From: TPA_inf: Saccharomyces
Taxonomy: Eukaryota
Direction of reading: 5' to 3'
Assembly: GCA_000146045.2 (NCBI GenBank)
Contig: BK006941.2
Location: forward strand, 768,001-832,000
Length of the DNA: 64,000 bases
Shown: positions 22,459 through 34,439 of the stretch, piece after piece
Numbering within the stretch: the first letter of the stretch is position 1
Layout: each line of letters opens with the position of its first letter
Notes under the pieces: model-generated
What the model saw: the letters and a program-made list of their open reading frames with translations, nothing else
What the model was told of the DNA's origin: nothing
Databases searched by the model: none
Translations under genes and position numbers: made by a program

Positions 22459-25053
22459 CTACATGTTAAGTTCTTGTTCCTCCCACTTCAGGGCCTTTGC
22501 GTGTGACTTTTTGTTTACTACATCCAGTAAGATTTCAACGCTATTTCTATCCTCGATTTCTTCTAATGCTTTATGCAAATTCCTAACCATGGAATAAGTC
22601 CAATTGAAGCGATTTTTTGAAGACAATATGATAGCTATTGCGTCCGAATACTTTCCTTGCTTTGTGAAGAATTCAACCATTAGATGGGCAAATTTCTGAT
22701 CCTTTGCTATTCTTATTCTTTGGTCCATTTTCAGAAACGGTACAGTCGTCCTAAATTTACCCCTATCATTCCATACTTTCTTTGCTAAGTCCTCATTTTG
22801 AAATTCTATAGCGGCTTTCATCACCAGCTCATATAACGTGGTGTCCATCATGATTTTGTGCCTCAAACATGTAATATACCATATATCATGCATTATTAAG
22901 TTGAGGTCTTCCGTGGTCTCAGGTTTGGATACTGAGATGGCTTCAGTTGATATTGAATTTTGGTCACGCGTATGGGACGAAGGAATATTACGGTATCCTT
23001 CATACAAACGCTTTATGACAGCTTCAAATTCGTGTTGTTGGAAAGTGAAGAACGTCAACCTTCGCAAGAATTCCTTCTGTTGTTTTAAGTTAATGGGAAT
23101 TGACAAATATGTGTGTAGTGAAATTTTATTGAAGACGTTCACATTAATACTTTCTCTTTGCATTTTCGTCACTTCGTACATAACTTTAAACTTAAACTCG
23201 TTGAAATCCTCTGCTTCTTGCGCAAACGAATCAAGTAATTGCCTATATTTTTTGATATCCTCCAACGCCGCTTCATTTGAAGATGTCAATGTATTGCGCG
23301 TTCCTCCATTTTCCATATTGAAACTCCAGATTGCGTTAGATTCCGCCAATACTTGTGCCTCCGAATTTAGGTCACTAATTGGAAGAAATGGTAATTTAAA
23401 TTTGACCAATTTGTCTGTATCATCTAACCTCATGGAGGAATCAAATTCGCGAAGAAATTTTCTTCTCAATTCAATGCCTTTTTCATAACCGGATAAGACT
23501 GGCAAATTTCTGGGATCAAATCTTGCATAAGCAAGCATCAAATAATTCAGCATTTCTGGCATTAAAGTTGACTTCCAAATTGTATCTTGATCTACGAGAA
23601 TGTTTCCTTTCCAATTTGCGCACAAAGTTTTGTACTTTTTCGCGATGAACAAGTAATATAGAGCTCTACTTAATTCAATATCACCATCAAACGCGGCTAA
23701 TGCCATCATAGCCAAAAATAAATTTAAGTCATCTTTTTTATGTCTGTAAAGATTCTTGTCCTCCAACTCATGAAGGTATTTCCATCCCAGTAATCTTAGA
23801 GAGTCTGATTTACCCTCACTGACAACGGCATTACTGCTCGAAGAAGCCAACACTCTTGCCATCATTATGTAAGTGTTTGTTGTAGGCTTTATATTGTGGT
23901 CTTGAATTTCTTGAAATAAATCCAAAGCCTTAGGAAAATTCCGTTCCTTCTCGCATATTCGCAGCATTGTGTTATATGTGCAGATATCAGGGAAATGCTT
24001 TGTAGATAAAAATTTCATGGTGTCAAAAGTATTCCAGGCTTGCTTAGTCATTTCCTTCCTAGAGTAGAATTGTATTACAGTAGTTAGGTTTTGCTTATTA
24101 GGAGTTATGCCATAATCATCTCTGAATTTTGTAATAAAATAATCCATGTCGTGAAAGCTTGAACACTTGGTCGAGTATTTTAAACAATTATTAAGTATTG
24201 CTTGCGTCATCTTTGGTACTTTGGAAGGGAATCCTTCTTTTTTGTTAATTCTTTCTTCAGTTATTTTTAATGCCTTATCATACCTCTCTAACAACTCTTT
24301 CATTTTGAGGATAACTTTATCGTTAGTACCATCCTGATTAAAATTAGTTGGTTTTAAATTTCCTAAGTTGTTAAAGATACATTCGTACATGTGGGTATTA
24401 AATTTTACAACATCTCCATTGATTTGTTCTAATAGCATTTCATCCAAGTGTAGTATACTATGAAATGGCAAATATTTGACTGTACCATTTAACCAAACAG
24501 AAAATTCTCTGGAATCAATATCCATGAACCGTTTCTCACTGACATAAAGCCTATCTATGACAGGTGCCCAATTACTGTGTGATCTATCAAAAAGGTTTTT
24601 TGCAAGTATGTCGTCGTCTGCTACTCTTTCTCTTATAACTTTTGGTACGAGGTGATCCATTTTTTCTAAAAACGAAGAATGAATCAAATCTGATAGATTT
24701 TTGGATTTTTCTTCATTAGGAACAGATGATGTTTTGGTGACATTAACATTCCTTGAGTCTTCTGAGATTGGTGCGATACTATTGCTTTGGTGGCCATCTG
24801 AATTCACCGATTTAGTGTTGTGAATGCGTTCTTTTAAAGTATTAGAAAATTCTCGTAATTGTGCTAATTTGAACTCAACGTCTTCAGGTGTTATTATTTT
24901 ATTTTTACTTAAACTCCCCATCATATTCTTTTCATCTTCAGTTTGTAGGGTATACTTGAAACGCTTATTTATTAGTCGTTTTGAAAATAGAAAGGAAAGT
25001 TGAAATGGGAAACACAGCACATTATTCTTGGGGCCACATCTGGCCATGTACAT
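22459..25053 (-). CDS. CCM1: Mitochondrial pentatricopeptide-repeat protein (15S rRNA / intron maintenance), 864 aa.
   Basis: Real ATG at 25051..25053. Length 864 aa matches YGR150C. PPR-like helical repeats, e.g. 'TYNTMLRICEKERNFPKALDLFQEIQDHNIKPTTNTYIMMARV'. Confidence 0.65.
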   Translation of the reverse strand: MYMARCGPKNNVLCFPFQLSFLFSKRLINKRFKYTLQTEDEKNMMGSLSKNKIITPEDVEFKLAQLREFSNTLKERIHNTKSVNSDGHQSNSIAPISEDSRNVNVTKTSSVPNEEKSKNLSDLIHSSFLEKMDHLVPKVIRERVADDDILAKNLFDRSHSNWAPVIDRLYVSEKRFMDIDSREFSVWLNGTVKYLPFHSILHLDEMLLEQINGDVVKFNTHMYECIFNNLGNLKPTNFNQDGTNDKVILKMKELLERYDKALKITEERINKKEGFPSKVPKMTQAILNNCLKYSTKCSSFHDMDYFITKFRDDYGITPNKQNLTTVIQFYSRKEMTKQAWNTFDTMKFLSTKHFPDICTYNTMLRICEKERNFPKALDLFQEIQDHNIKPTTNTYIMMARVLASSSSNAVVSEGKSDSLRLLGWKYLHELEDKNLYRHKKDDLNLFLAMMALAAFDGDIELSRALYYLFIAKKYKTLCANWKGNILVDQDTIWKSTLMPEMLNYLMLAYARFDPRNLPVLSGYEKGIELRRKFLREFDSSMRLDDTDKLVKFKLPFLPISDLNSEAQVLAESNAIWSFNMENGGTRNTLTSSNEAALEDIKKYRQLLDSFAQEAEDFNEFKFKVMYEVTKMQRESINVNVFNKISLHTYLSIPINLKQQKEFLRRLTFFTFQQHEFEAVIKRLYEGYRNIPSSHTRDQNSISTEAISVSKPETTEDLNLIMHDIWYITCLRHKIMMDTTLYELVMKAAIEFQNEDLAKKVWNDRGKFRTTVPFLKMDQRIRIAKDQKFAHLMVEFFTKQGKYSDAIAIILSSKNRFNWTYSMVRNLHKALEEIEDRNSVEILLDVVNKKSHAKALKWEEQELNM

Positions 25054-25420
25054 GTTTATATTTATCTATCTGTTAGGACTTGTGAAACAATGCTATTTTC
25101 CTGTGCACTATGGACTATGGCTTTGCTTTTACATTTTATGCCTCCAATTTTTCACAATCCTGTCCGACGCTCAGATATTGGTGTGGAAGTAGAGCTAACT
25201 CTCTATCTCAGAAAAAAGGTTAGAGCAAGGCAGATCTTTTGCAATAAGAATCAGTTACCATCGATCGATTTGAATTCATATTACTAGTACTTTGCAATAC
25301 ACTGTGTAAGAAGATGTCATAAAGATTGAGAAACGGTCATCAAACTTAATGTAAGCAGAGACACGAGGATTGATGATGAAGTAAGATAATGTGCGACAAG
25401 GAAGAAAAAATAATAGCATT

Positions 25421-25560
25421 ATGTAGAGATATCGATTCCCTTTTGTGGGCGCTATGTTCTGGAGGAGAGTTTCTAGTATATTCCTTATCCATAATGTTAT
25501 ATGTGATCTTTATCAACAGTGGAATCCCAACAATAATGCAATTATTCACCCATTTTTCAC
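25421..25560 (+). repeat. Partial delta LTR (3' portion), diverged.
   Basis: 'GATTCCCTTTTGTGGGCGCTATGTTCTGGAGGAGAGTTTCTAGTATATTCC...CAGTGGAATCCCAACAATAATGCAATTATTCACCCATTTTTCACA' is collinear with the Ty1 delta 3' half. About 860 bp upstream of tRNA-Ala(UGC). Confidence 0.6.
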
Positions 25561-26416
25561 AAGCAAGCAAGCATTATGAGAGAAGAACGAATGTACAGTC
25601 ATTTAGATGATAAGATTGGAAGTAGGTCATGATAGTCAGGATTATGTAAAGACACTTGGTGTAACCCTGTATCGGCTGATTTATAATATCGAGAAAGATA
25701 ATATAAGAAGCGCCTGAGAGTCAGTGGATCGATTATCGAAAATAGAATAGAGACGTTCACGGAGACCCACTGAATGTTTCGTATTAAAGGAGGGATGACT
25801 ACTAAACCATTTTCACCGCTACTGGTGGCCATTTTGTATTCTTCCATTTACAAGAATTGCTCCCGACTTTTGTTCCATCAGTGGACGATAGACCATTGTC
25901 AAACACAGTAATTCTATTTTATTCTTGAGATGAGATGCCGCAATATGACCTGATATGAATCACCCTAAATGTCCGATCTAAACAAATAAAAGGCGTGCGA
26001 AACAGCCTCACGACGAGATATGAAGTCGAAAACATCGGCCTAATTTCTGTGCTTTTTAGAAGACTACTCAGATTTTCAATATCAATACAGTGAGTTAGAT
26101 CTCAGGTTGAGAAGAAACACTTTGATTTTACTAGATAGGAAAGAAAAATGGACTAATTAATCAATCATTTTGTCATCGTTGAAACTTGATAACGCACGCT
26201 AAACGATAACGACTATGTTGGAGGGAAAACATTAACGATTACTCTTTTAAGTAATTGCGAAGTATATCTGAGACTAAAGACCCTCTGAATTAATTATATC
26301 AATCAACATAAACTATAAGAAACTACAGTGTGAGCTTTAGTTACGAGAGTGTGGATCTGTTCATTTAATATTTTTTATACGTAACGCAGCATCTACCGTA
26401 AAATCCCATAGATTGC

Positions 26417-26489
26417 GGGCACATGGCGCAGTTGGTAGCGCGCTTCCCTTGCAAGGAAGAGGTCATCGGTTCGATTCCGGTTGCGTCCA
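26417..26489 (+). tRNA. tRNA-Ala (anticodon UGC).
   Basis: GGGCACATGGCGCAGTTGGTAGCGCGCTTCCCTTGCAAGGAAGAGGTCATCGGTTCGATTCCGGTTGCGTCCA. Anticodon loop CTTGCAA. B box GGTTCGATTCC. T-run after 26490. Confidence 0.9.
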
Positions 26490-26673
26490 TATTTTTAACA
26501 TTTCATTTTTTTTGGGTTTAAATTTATTTTCAAACATTATTAATTGATTTCTTTAAAAACTTATACAACGTATGCTAATACTTTAAACTAAACCTTTTAG
26601 AACTATAATAAAACTATTTCAAGTAAAGTCTTTTTATCTGATATCTTGATTCATTTATAATAAAATTAAGTGA

Positions 26674-27492
26674 CTATAGAATAGTGCAAGTGGAAGCGTT
26701 TTTCTTCTTTTTCTTTTGTTGTGAAGTAGCGCTAATTCCTGTCCTGTTGCTAGAACCAGATTTCGGAACGGCATGTGACGGTTTGTGCTTTTCATTAACC
26801 GGAGTAGATTGTTTAACTTTAGCTTGTCCTTGTGAAGATTTGTTATATAAACCTTTTGATGATTGCTTATTGTTTGATTGTTTCGTATCCTGTTTCGCAG
26901 AACTAGGGAGCCTGGTTGATGGAGACTCGATTTTGCTAAATTGTTGACTTTGATTTCTTGCGTCTTTAACTGCAACACTTTCCATTTCATTCCGAATGAT
27001 TTGCCTAACTAAATCAACGAACACTTCATCCACATTGCTCCTCAACAAAGCGCTTGTTTCATAAAAGGGAACTCTACCCCATTTACTGCTTACCTCTATA
27101 CCTTCTTCCACACTTATTACCCTTTCATTGATTAGATCAGCCTTGTTACCTATTAGAACCATTGGAACGCGATCGGAATCTTTGATCCTAAGGACCTGTT
27201 CTCTTAGCTCCATTAATTCTTCCAAAGATTGCCGATCTGTTACTGAATATACCAACAGGAACCCCATTCCTGACTTTATGTATAATTCTCTCATTGCAGT
27301 AAATTGTGCTATACCCGCTGTATCTAAAATTTCCAGGTCGAATACCTTGTTATCGATCTCGATGGTTTTCCTGTAAGAATCTTCGATCGTTGGATCATAC
27401 GTATCCAAATAAACTCCCTGTACAAACTGCACGGTTAAGCAGGATTTACCGACACCACCAGCACCCAATACTACTAATTTATAGTCTCTCAT
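26674..27492 (-). CDS. RSR1: Ras-family GTPase for bud-site selection, 272 aa, with a polybasic region and CaaX box.
   Basis: '[23 protein letters not shown]' (G1), DTAG, NKAD, and C-terminal '[14 protein letters not shown]' (CTIL CaaX, geranylgeranylation). Confidence 0.93.
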   Translation of the reverse strand: MRDYKLVVLGAGGVGKSCLTVQFVQGVYLDTYDPTIEDSYRKTIEIDNKVFDLEILDTAGIAQFTAMRELYIKSGMGFLLVYSVTDRQSLEELMELREQVLRIKDSDRVPMVLIGNKADLINERVISVEEGIEVSSKWGRVPFYETSALLRSNVDEVFVDLVRQIIRNEMESVAVKDARNQSQQFSKIESPSTRLPSSAKQDTKQSNNKQSSKGLYNKSSQGQAKVKQSTPVNEKHKPSHAVPKSGSSNRTGISATSQQKKKKKNASTCTIL

Positions 27493-28091
27493 TAGTCCTA
27501 ATGTTTCCTAGCCAAATATTTCTAAGCGATGATAGAAGCCAAAATATTAGAACGTTGTATGTAAATGTTCTATATCGTTACTAAATAATAGTATTATTGT
27601 TCAGTGGAGAGGATGAAATTTCAAAAACTTCTTGGCGTAGTTAAGAACGAACGCAATGGTTCTTTTTTTCGAGATCGAGCTCTACTTTACTTTTTTCTTT
27701 TTCTGTCCTTCTCTCTTTTCTTTTTAACCTTTTTCGACGATATTTCGCGTTTGAGAATGTCGAGGATGAATGCGCTTTGACGCGAATTAGTTGTGAGGCT
27801 GACGTTGTGATAAAAAGGCGATGATTCTTGGGAATATACAGTCTGTTTCCACTTGCTAGATAAAATGTATGATATTCCAAAAATGCCTTTCTCTATTGAA
27901 CTGTATGACTGAGATACGCCTGCTTTTACCTTGTATATTATGAGTACTATTCGCCTTTTCCCATAAAGTTGTTTTTTTCTGGGGTTTATGTGTATCGTAA
28001 ATGGTACAAAATAATAAAATTCTTATCTTGAAAATACTGTTTAATACTTTTCATCATTACTAAATAGGTTACGAAAAGAGGTCTTTGAGAA

Positions 28092-28745
28092 ATGGGAAAG
28101 GCCTGTTTGAATAAAGAAGTCGGCACTTACGAATGTGAGGGGGAAAGAGATACCTACTCATTTTTTACCTCTCTCTCAGATATACAGGATTCAAGTAGTA
28201 ACGAGGAACAATGCGGTGTAGGAAGTATATTGAGTGAAGATAGTTTCACGTTTGAAGGGTCCAACGTGAGCATACGGTTATTTTCCTTGGACTTAAATGC
28301 CTTGAATGAAAATGAGAATGGATCCAAGAATCCTGTGAAATTTACCATTCCGCCAAAAATAGAACAAAGAAAGGAAGCAAGACAAAGAGAGAAACGTTTA
28401 AGGAGGGTGGCAGTACTACCTGAGAATTCGAGAAACTACCTTGTTGAATCAAGTATGGATTCAAGTAGGGAATACAGTCAACCATTTTTTGACTGGAGGC
28501 ATGAAATGGTAGAACATGGAGAGGAGAGTGTAAAACCGTGTGGTTGTCATAAATCGAGAAAAGCAAAATGCTTCAAAGAACTGGAGATGGAGAATATAGA
28601 AAAGGGCGATATAAAGAAGAGTCTCTTTTACAGAGACATAATTGAATGGTGCAGAGACTATGAAGTCAATAAAACTAGGGAAGTCTGTGTTCCGTCTATA
28701 CACGAGTTTTACCTACATGGAAATGGAAGTGACAACCTCTTTTGA
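28092..28745 (+). CDS. Uncharacterised hydrophilic protein, 217 aa.
   Basis: Real ATG. Size and position match YGR153W. No recognisable domain, with a Cys/His pair '[11 protein letters not shown]'. Confidence 0.45.
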
Positions 28746-28797
28746 AGTATAGCCATGCATATAAATATATGTGTGTGTAAGAAAATATTAGAAGTTT

Positions 28798-29868
28798 TCA
28801 TAATCTAGAAATGTCAGGCTTTGGGCCTAATGGCACTATACCAAACTGATTGATCTTGTTCCTACTTACTTCCATCCTGATGTAAAAGAGCTTAATATGA
28901 TTAAAATCTGTAGTAAATCTAAACTCTGCGTAATTCCAGTATAGATTAATCAACCACAAATGAAGGTACGGGAAACCATCCCTTATAGTTTTCAAATTGC
29001 ATTTGAAGTGCTGCACGTACACGACGTCAAATCTAATTATTGATGGATACAATCTGATATCCGCTTCAGTTAACCTCTGTCCTAAAACAAAATATTTAGC
29101 CAAGATTTTCTGTTTGTTACCACTGAATTGCTCCTCTAAGCGCTTATAATTTTCTTTTAGTACACATTCCATCTTCTGCAAGTTTTCAAACAGTGTTTTT
29201 ACTTCAGTTTCGTAAATCTTTCCGTTTTCTGCTAATCCGACTTTATAGACACCAAGATTAATCTTCGGATGAACCCATTTGATGTTCTTATCAATCTCGT
29301 CTATTAAATCATGCGGAACTAGATCAATCACGTTCGTTTCTTCGCTTTGGATAAATTCATCAAACACGCCACTGTTCAAAATTCTTATGATATCGCCACT
29401 CTCATTGTTAACAATTTTCCTTGTTTTAGAATCCCACAGAACAGGCACAGTGAACTTTGTACCGGGGTACTTAGGATCATTTAAGTAGTACAACTCGCTT
29501 AACCTTGATATATTTTCCACCGGGTCGAAAGCGCCATCCACGAACAACCTTGCAGAGTCATTGTTCACATCACCTAACTCCTCAGATTCGTCTAATTTAG
29601 CTGAAGCAATGCCACCAGTGGCAGTAAAGAATCTCTCTTTATATTTTTCCGGCCGGTGTGGAGCAGGTAAGAAACGGGCACCCTTGGAGTCTAATTGCCA
29701 GTGAGATAACACAAGCCCTAGAACAGGTTCTAATTTCTTCAAAGACCTGGCAAGAATGGCTCTATGAGTGAATGGACACCCAAGGGCCCCGTAAATATAA
29801 TACCTTCCTTTTTCTGGTTTAAAAACAGAATGTGTCTTAGAAATTGTTCCCTTGTAAGATACTGACAT
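28798..29868 (-). CDS. GTO1: Omega-class glutathione S-transferase, 356 aa.
   Basis: Active-site '[13 protein letters not shown]' (omega-class CPF motif). Length 356 aa matches YGR154C. Confidence 0.7.
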
Positions 29869-30542
29869 GGCTTACTGTTTATGATTATTTTTACGAGTAT
29901 TTTCCTCTATAAGTGGCCATCTCTCCAATTGGCAAAGTCAAGACTTTTGTTATGTCAATATGTGCTACCAAAAATCAAGGGTATTTTCCCACCAGAGCTT
30001 ATCAATGGCAACTGTGAGATATGAACAGCAGTTAGTAAGGGTGTGTTCTCATCCGACCCTCTGATTCATTTGGTGGCCATTACATTTTCCCTCAATGACA
30101 CATTCCCCTATTTCATAACTGATTAAAATGGTAATGGCACGTGATAGTAGTGGCTCACAAAACAAAATTTTCTTTCTCAGCGCTGACAAAGCTTCATTTG
30201 CATTCTAACCTTATCACAACAACTTCAACTTCACCCAAGTAAGGATAATCAGCTCTGTCGTGACTGATAAATGCTATATCCGGCATATGCAGTCCACACG
30301 GCATTACCGTTTCACTAATTTATTGCCATCTTCCTCCACAGTTTTGCACCGAAAGGAAAAAAAGAAACCAACACCGAAAATTTTTTTCTCCTAAAGGTTA
30401 AAGTAAACGCAAGGCACTTCACCAGGCTTGTATATATAAATGTCGTGATGCTTCTATGCCAAAGTAAAAGGCAACACTTGAAGATTTCGTTGTAGGCCAC
30501 TTGCTCAAAGGACATCTAGATAAATACGACGTAAGAATAAAA

Positions 30543-32066
30543 ATGACTAAATCTGAGCAGCAAGCCGATTCAAGACATAACGTTATCGACTTAGTTGGTA
30601 ACACCCCATTGATCGCACTGAAAAAATTGCCTAAGGCTTTGGGTATCAAACCACAAATTTATGCTAAGCTGGAACTATACAATCCAGGTGGTTCCATCAA
30701 AGACAGAATTGCCAAGTCTATGGTGGAAGAAGCTGAAGCTTCCGGTAGAATTCATCCTTCCAGATCTACTCTGATCGAACCTACTTCTGGTAACACCGGT
30801 ATCGGTCTAGCTTTAATCGGCGCCATCAAAGGTTACAGAACTATCATCACCTTGCCGGAAAAAATGTCTAACGAGAAAGTTTCTGTCCTAAAGGCTCTGG
30901 GTGCTGAAATCATCAGAACTCCAACTGCTGCTGCCTGGGATTCTCCAGAATCACATATTGGTGTTGCTAAGAAGTTGGAAAAAGAGATTCCTGGTGCTGT
31001 TATACTTGACCAATATAACAATATGATGAACCCAGAAGCTCATTACTTTGGTACTGGTCGCGAAATCCAAAGACAGCTAGAAGACTTGAATTTATTTGAT
31101 AATCTACGCGCTGTTGTTGCTGGTGCTGGTACTGGTGGGACTATTAGCGGTATTTCCAAGTACTTGAAAGAACAGAATGATAAGATCCAAATCGTTGGTG
31201 CTGACCCATTCGGTTCAATTTTAGCCCAACCTGAAAACTTGAATAAGACTGATATCACTGACTACAAAGTTGAGGGTATTGGTTATGATTTTGTTCCTCA
31301 GGTTTTGGACAGAAAATTAATTGATGTTTGGTATAAGACAGACGACAAGCCTTCTTTCAAATACGCCAGACAATTGATTTCTAACGAAGGTGTCTTGGTG
31401 GGTGGTTCTTCCGGTTCTGCCTTCACTGCGGTTGTGAAATACTGTGAAGACCACCCTGAACTGACTGAAGATGATGTCATTGTTGCCATATTCCCAGATT
31501 CCATCAGGTCGTACCTAACCAAATTCGTCGATGACGAATGGTTGAAAAAGAACAATTTGTGGGATGATGACGTGTTGGCCCGTTTTGACTCTTCAAAGCT
31601 GGAGGCTTCGACGACAAAATACGCTGATGTGTTTGGTAACGCTACTGTAAAGGATCTTCACTTGAAACCGGTTGTTTCCGTTAAGGAAACCGCTAAGGTC
31701 ACTGATGTTATCAAGATATTAAAAGACAATGGCTTTGACCAATTGCCTGTGTTGACTGAAGACGGCAAGTTGTCTGGTTTAGTTACTCTCTCTGAGCTTC
31801 TAAGAAAACTATCAATCAATAATTCAAACAACGACAACACTATAAAGGGTAAATACTTGGACTTCAAGAAATTAAACAATTTCAATGATGTTTCCTCTTA
31901 CAACGAAAATAAATCCGGTAAGAAGAAGTTTATTAAATTCGATGAAAACTCAAAGCTATCTGACTTGAATCGTTTCTTTGAAAAAAACTCATCTGCCGTT
32001 ATCACTGATGGCTTGAAACCAATCCATATCGTTACTAAGATGGATTTACTGAGCTACTTAGCATAA
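30543..32066 (+). CDS. CYS4: Cystathionine beta-synthase (PLP fold plus tandem CBS domains), 507 aa. The track start at 30501 is TTG.
   Basis: 'MTKSEQQADSRHNVIDLVGNTPLIALKKL...NPGGSIKDRIA' (PLP lysine motif). C-terminal CBS pair. 507 aa from the ATG at 30543. Confidence 0.93.
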   Translation: MTKSEQQADSRHNVIDLVGNTPLIALKKLPKALGIKPQIYAKLELYNPGGSIKDRIAKSMVEEAEASGRIHPSRSTLIEPTSGNTGIGLALIGAIKGYRTIITLPEKMSNEKVSVLKALGAEIIRTPTAAAWDSPESHIGVAKKLEKEIPGAVILDQYNNMMNPEAHYFGTGREIQRQLEDLNLFDNLRAVVAGAGTGGTISGISKYLKEQNDKIQIVGADPFGSILAQPENLNKTDITDYKVEGIGYDFVPQVLDRKLIDVWYKTDDKPSFKYARQLISNEGVLVGGSSGSAFTAVVKYCEDHPELTEDDVIVAIFPDSIRSYLTKFVDDEWLKKNNLWDDDVLARFDSSKLEASTTKYADVFGNATVKDLHLKPVVSVKETAKVTDVIKILKDNGFDQLPVLTEDGKLSGLVTLSELLRKLSINNSNNDNTIKGKYLDFKKLNNFNDVSSYNENKSGKKKFIKFDENSKLSDLNRFFEKNSSAVITDGLKPIHIVTKMDLLSYLA

Positions 32067-32545
32067 ATAAGAACCCACGCTTCAAATAAAAGCAAACATA
32101 GAAGCAAAATCCGTCATTCCTTTCCTATTCAATTGCACCGTTCTCTTTATATAACTACTTAATTAAATAGCGCCTATACGAAGCAGCATTGTTCTATTAT
32201 TTTTACAAATTCCTTATCATGCATGCATCACATCAGTGTTTGAATCTGTTAACTTTTCACTTTATTGCTCTTACCCGACTCTGAAGAAAAACAAAAAAAC
32301 AGCGACATGTTGGAAAGGTCGGGCAGTAAAGCAGAATTTCAGAAATACTAGTACGATTGTTTGAGGTCTTGCGAAACCGTGCATTCATAATAGCACCTTT
32401 TTCAGTCGCTCATCCGGTCGTCCTATCTGTAAACGTCACTGTCAAACACGTTGCATTGATTAGATTTTATTATTTTATATATAGGTATATTTAGAAAACT
32501 CACAACTGGAGAAGACGAAGAACGAAGAACGAAGGAAAAAAATTG

Positions 32546-33823
32546 ATGACAGATCCCAGAAGAAGAACAGGCCGTCATTTCTTGACACCGGAGAATTTAT
32601 CCTCTACATTACAAATCACAAACTTACCTCCAGAATGGAACCAAGATATAATTACTTCGGTCGTGGCCGGTTCTGGTCCAGTTATAGATATAAAAGCTAA
32701 GAATGACCCGAGAACTGGTAAACTAACCGGTGTACTGTTCGATTATTTGACTAGTAAAGATTGTAAACGCGCTTGGGAAATTTTAAATAGAATTGAAAAC
32801 TTTCCCGTAAAGATAGAGCAAATAATCCCACCAAATTATAAGGACCATCTTAGAGAAACAGCAAATAAAAATTCTCAAAAGCAGGTATTACAACTTAATA
32901 GAGATTCGTACCCCTTCGAGGCGGGTTTGGAGCTACCTTTCGAAATGGTGACAGAAGTCCCCATTCCTAGGCGACCACCGCCACCACAGGCTGCAAATAA
33001 CACAAACTCTGTATCAAATAACACAAACATTCAATTCCCCGACATACTAAGTAAAGCATCTAAACACTTGCCAAGTTTCCAAGATGGCTCGATTATTGCA
33101 CCAGACAAAATTTCACAAAATTTAAGTAAAATTCCGCCGTTGCAACTTATTGAAATTATATCAAATTTGAAAATATTATCAAACCAAGAAAACATCCAAA
33201 AATCGCAATTAGAATCTTTCTTAGATACTAACAGTGATATCACAATATCAGTGACCCAAGCCCTACTAGAAATGGGATTTATAGACTACAGCGTGGTGAC
33301 TAAAGTGTTGAAATCCCAAGTTGGCGAGGCCCCATCTTTGCTTTCGAGTAATAACACAAGTAATTCGAACACCCCCGTAAGCGTAATTAGAAATAACACT
33401 CCGTTGCATGTACCTTCTAATGAAGTCAGCAACAATCCTAACAATATGCCACTGAACGTAGCTATGCCAATGCCTATGTCGACACCACCATTTATCCCTT
33501 TACCTCTGCAACAACAACCGTTCGGTTTTGCGCCACCGGGCCCTTTCATGCCTCCAGCTCAAGGCCCCTCCATGGGACAGCCTGTGTTGGCAAATCAACT
33601 CGGCCAGGTCCAGCAACAAAATATAAGTTCTACAGAAGGACCCTCTAACGCGAATAAAGCGAATGACAGCGGCACCATTAATATGGCGAAACTGCAATTA
33701 CTACCTGAAAACCAACAAGATATGATCAAACAAGTTCTTACTTTGACACCTGCCCAGATCCAAAGTTTACCAAGTGACCAGCAACTTATGGTGGAAAACT
33801 TTAGAAAAGAATATATAATCTAA
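32546..33823 (+). CDS. PTI1: mRNA 3'-processing (CPF/APT) subunit with an N-terminal RRM-like domain and a Pro/Gln/Asn-rich middle, 425 aa.
   Basis: First ATG at 32546 gives 425 aa, matching YGR156W. N/Q/P-rich low-complexity region. Synteny. Confidence 0.6.
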   Translation: MTDPRRRTGRHFLTPENLSSTLQITNLPPEWNQDIITSVVAGSGPVIDIKAKNDPRTGKLTGVLFDYLTSKDCKRAWEILNRIENFPVKIEQIIPPNYKDHLRETANKNSQKQVLQLNRDSYPFEAGLELPFEMVTEVPIPRRPPPPQAANNTNSVSNNTNIQFPDILSKASKHLPSFQDGSIIAPDKISQNLSKIPPLQLIEIISNLKILSNQENIQKSQLESFLDTNSDITISVTQALLEMGFIDYSVVTKVLKSQVGEAPSLLSSNNTSNSNTPVSVIRNNTPLHVPSNEVSNNPNNMPLNVAMPMPMSTPPFIPLPLQQQPFGFAPPGPFMPPAQGPSMGQPVLANQLGQVQQQNISSTEGPSNANKANDSGTINMAKLQLLPENQQDMIKQVLTLTPAQIQSLPSDQQLMVENFRKEYII

Positions 33824-34439
33824 GTAATCAGAGCCATAGCGTATCAGAAAACCACACCTAATTAGATGGTTCTTGCATCTGTACCTCTTATCACTAAAAG
33901 CGGCACTAAACTTCCAACATTAAATGTTTGCCTTGTTAAATATATATTTTTGCCTTGGTTTAAATTGGTCAAGACAGTCAATTGCCACACTTTTCTCATG
34001 CCGCATTCATTATTCGCGAAGTTTTCCACACAAAACTGTGAAAATGAACGGCGATGCCAGAAACGGCAAAACCTCAAATGTTAGATAACGTGGATCTCCG
34101 ACACATGTGAATTTATAAGTAGGCATATGAAAATACAGATTCTTTCCACTGTGTTCCCTTTTATTCCCTTCTCATGTGAAGAGTTCACACCAAATCTTCA
34201 AAATATAACTAATATAGTAGAGTTTGATTCAAAGGACCTTTTTTTTTGCCTCTTTGATTAGTTTATCTTCTTTTCTTCATTTTATCCCCTAATTTTATAC
34301 GTTAGTTCAACCTAACAATCCAGGATTTCATTAACAAGAAAGGTAAAAGTAACCTATCAAGGCTATTTTGAAAAAAAAAATTCCGCCCTGAATATTTCGA
34401 GTGATTTTCTTAGTGACAAAGCTTTTTCTTCATCTGTAG

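Noticed and set aside
26380-26416. Looked for a Ty3 sigma element 16-19 bp upstream of each tRNA.
   Set aside because: No TGTTGTATCTCAAAATGAGATATGTCAG-type sequence immediately upstream of any of the five tRNAs. Only delta (Ty1/Ty2) material is present.
26655-26990. 111-aa minus-strand ORF overlapping the 3' end of RSR1 in another frame (YGR151C-like).
   Set aside because: Out-of-frame overlap with a well-supported Ras GTPase gene. Lys/Leu-rich translation typical of spurious overlap ORFs.
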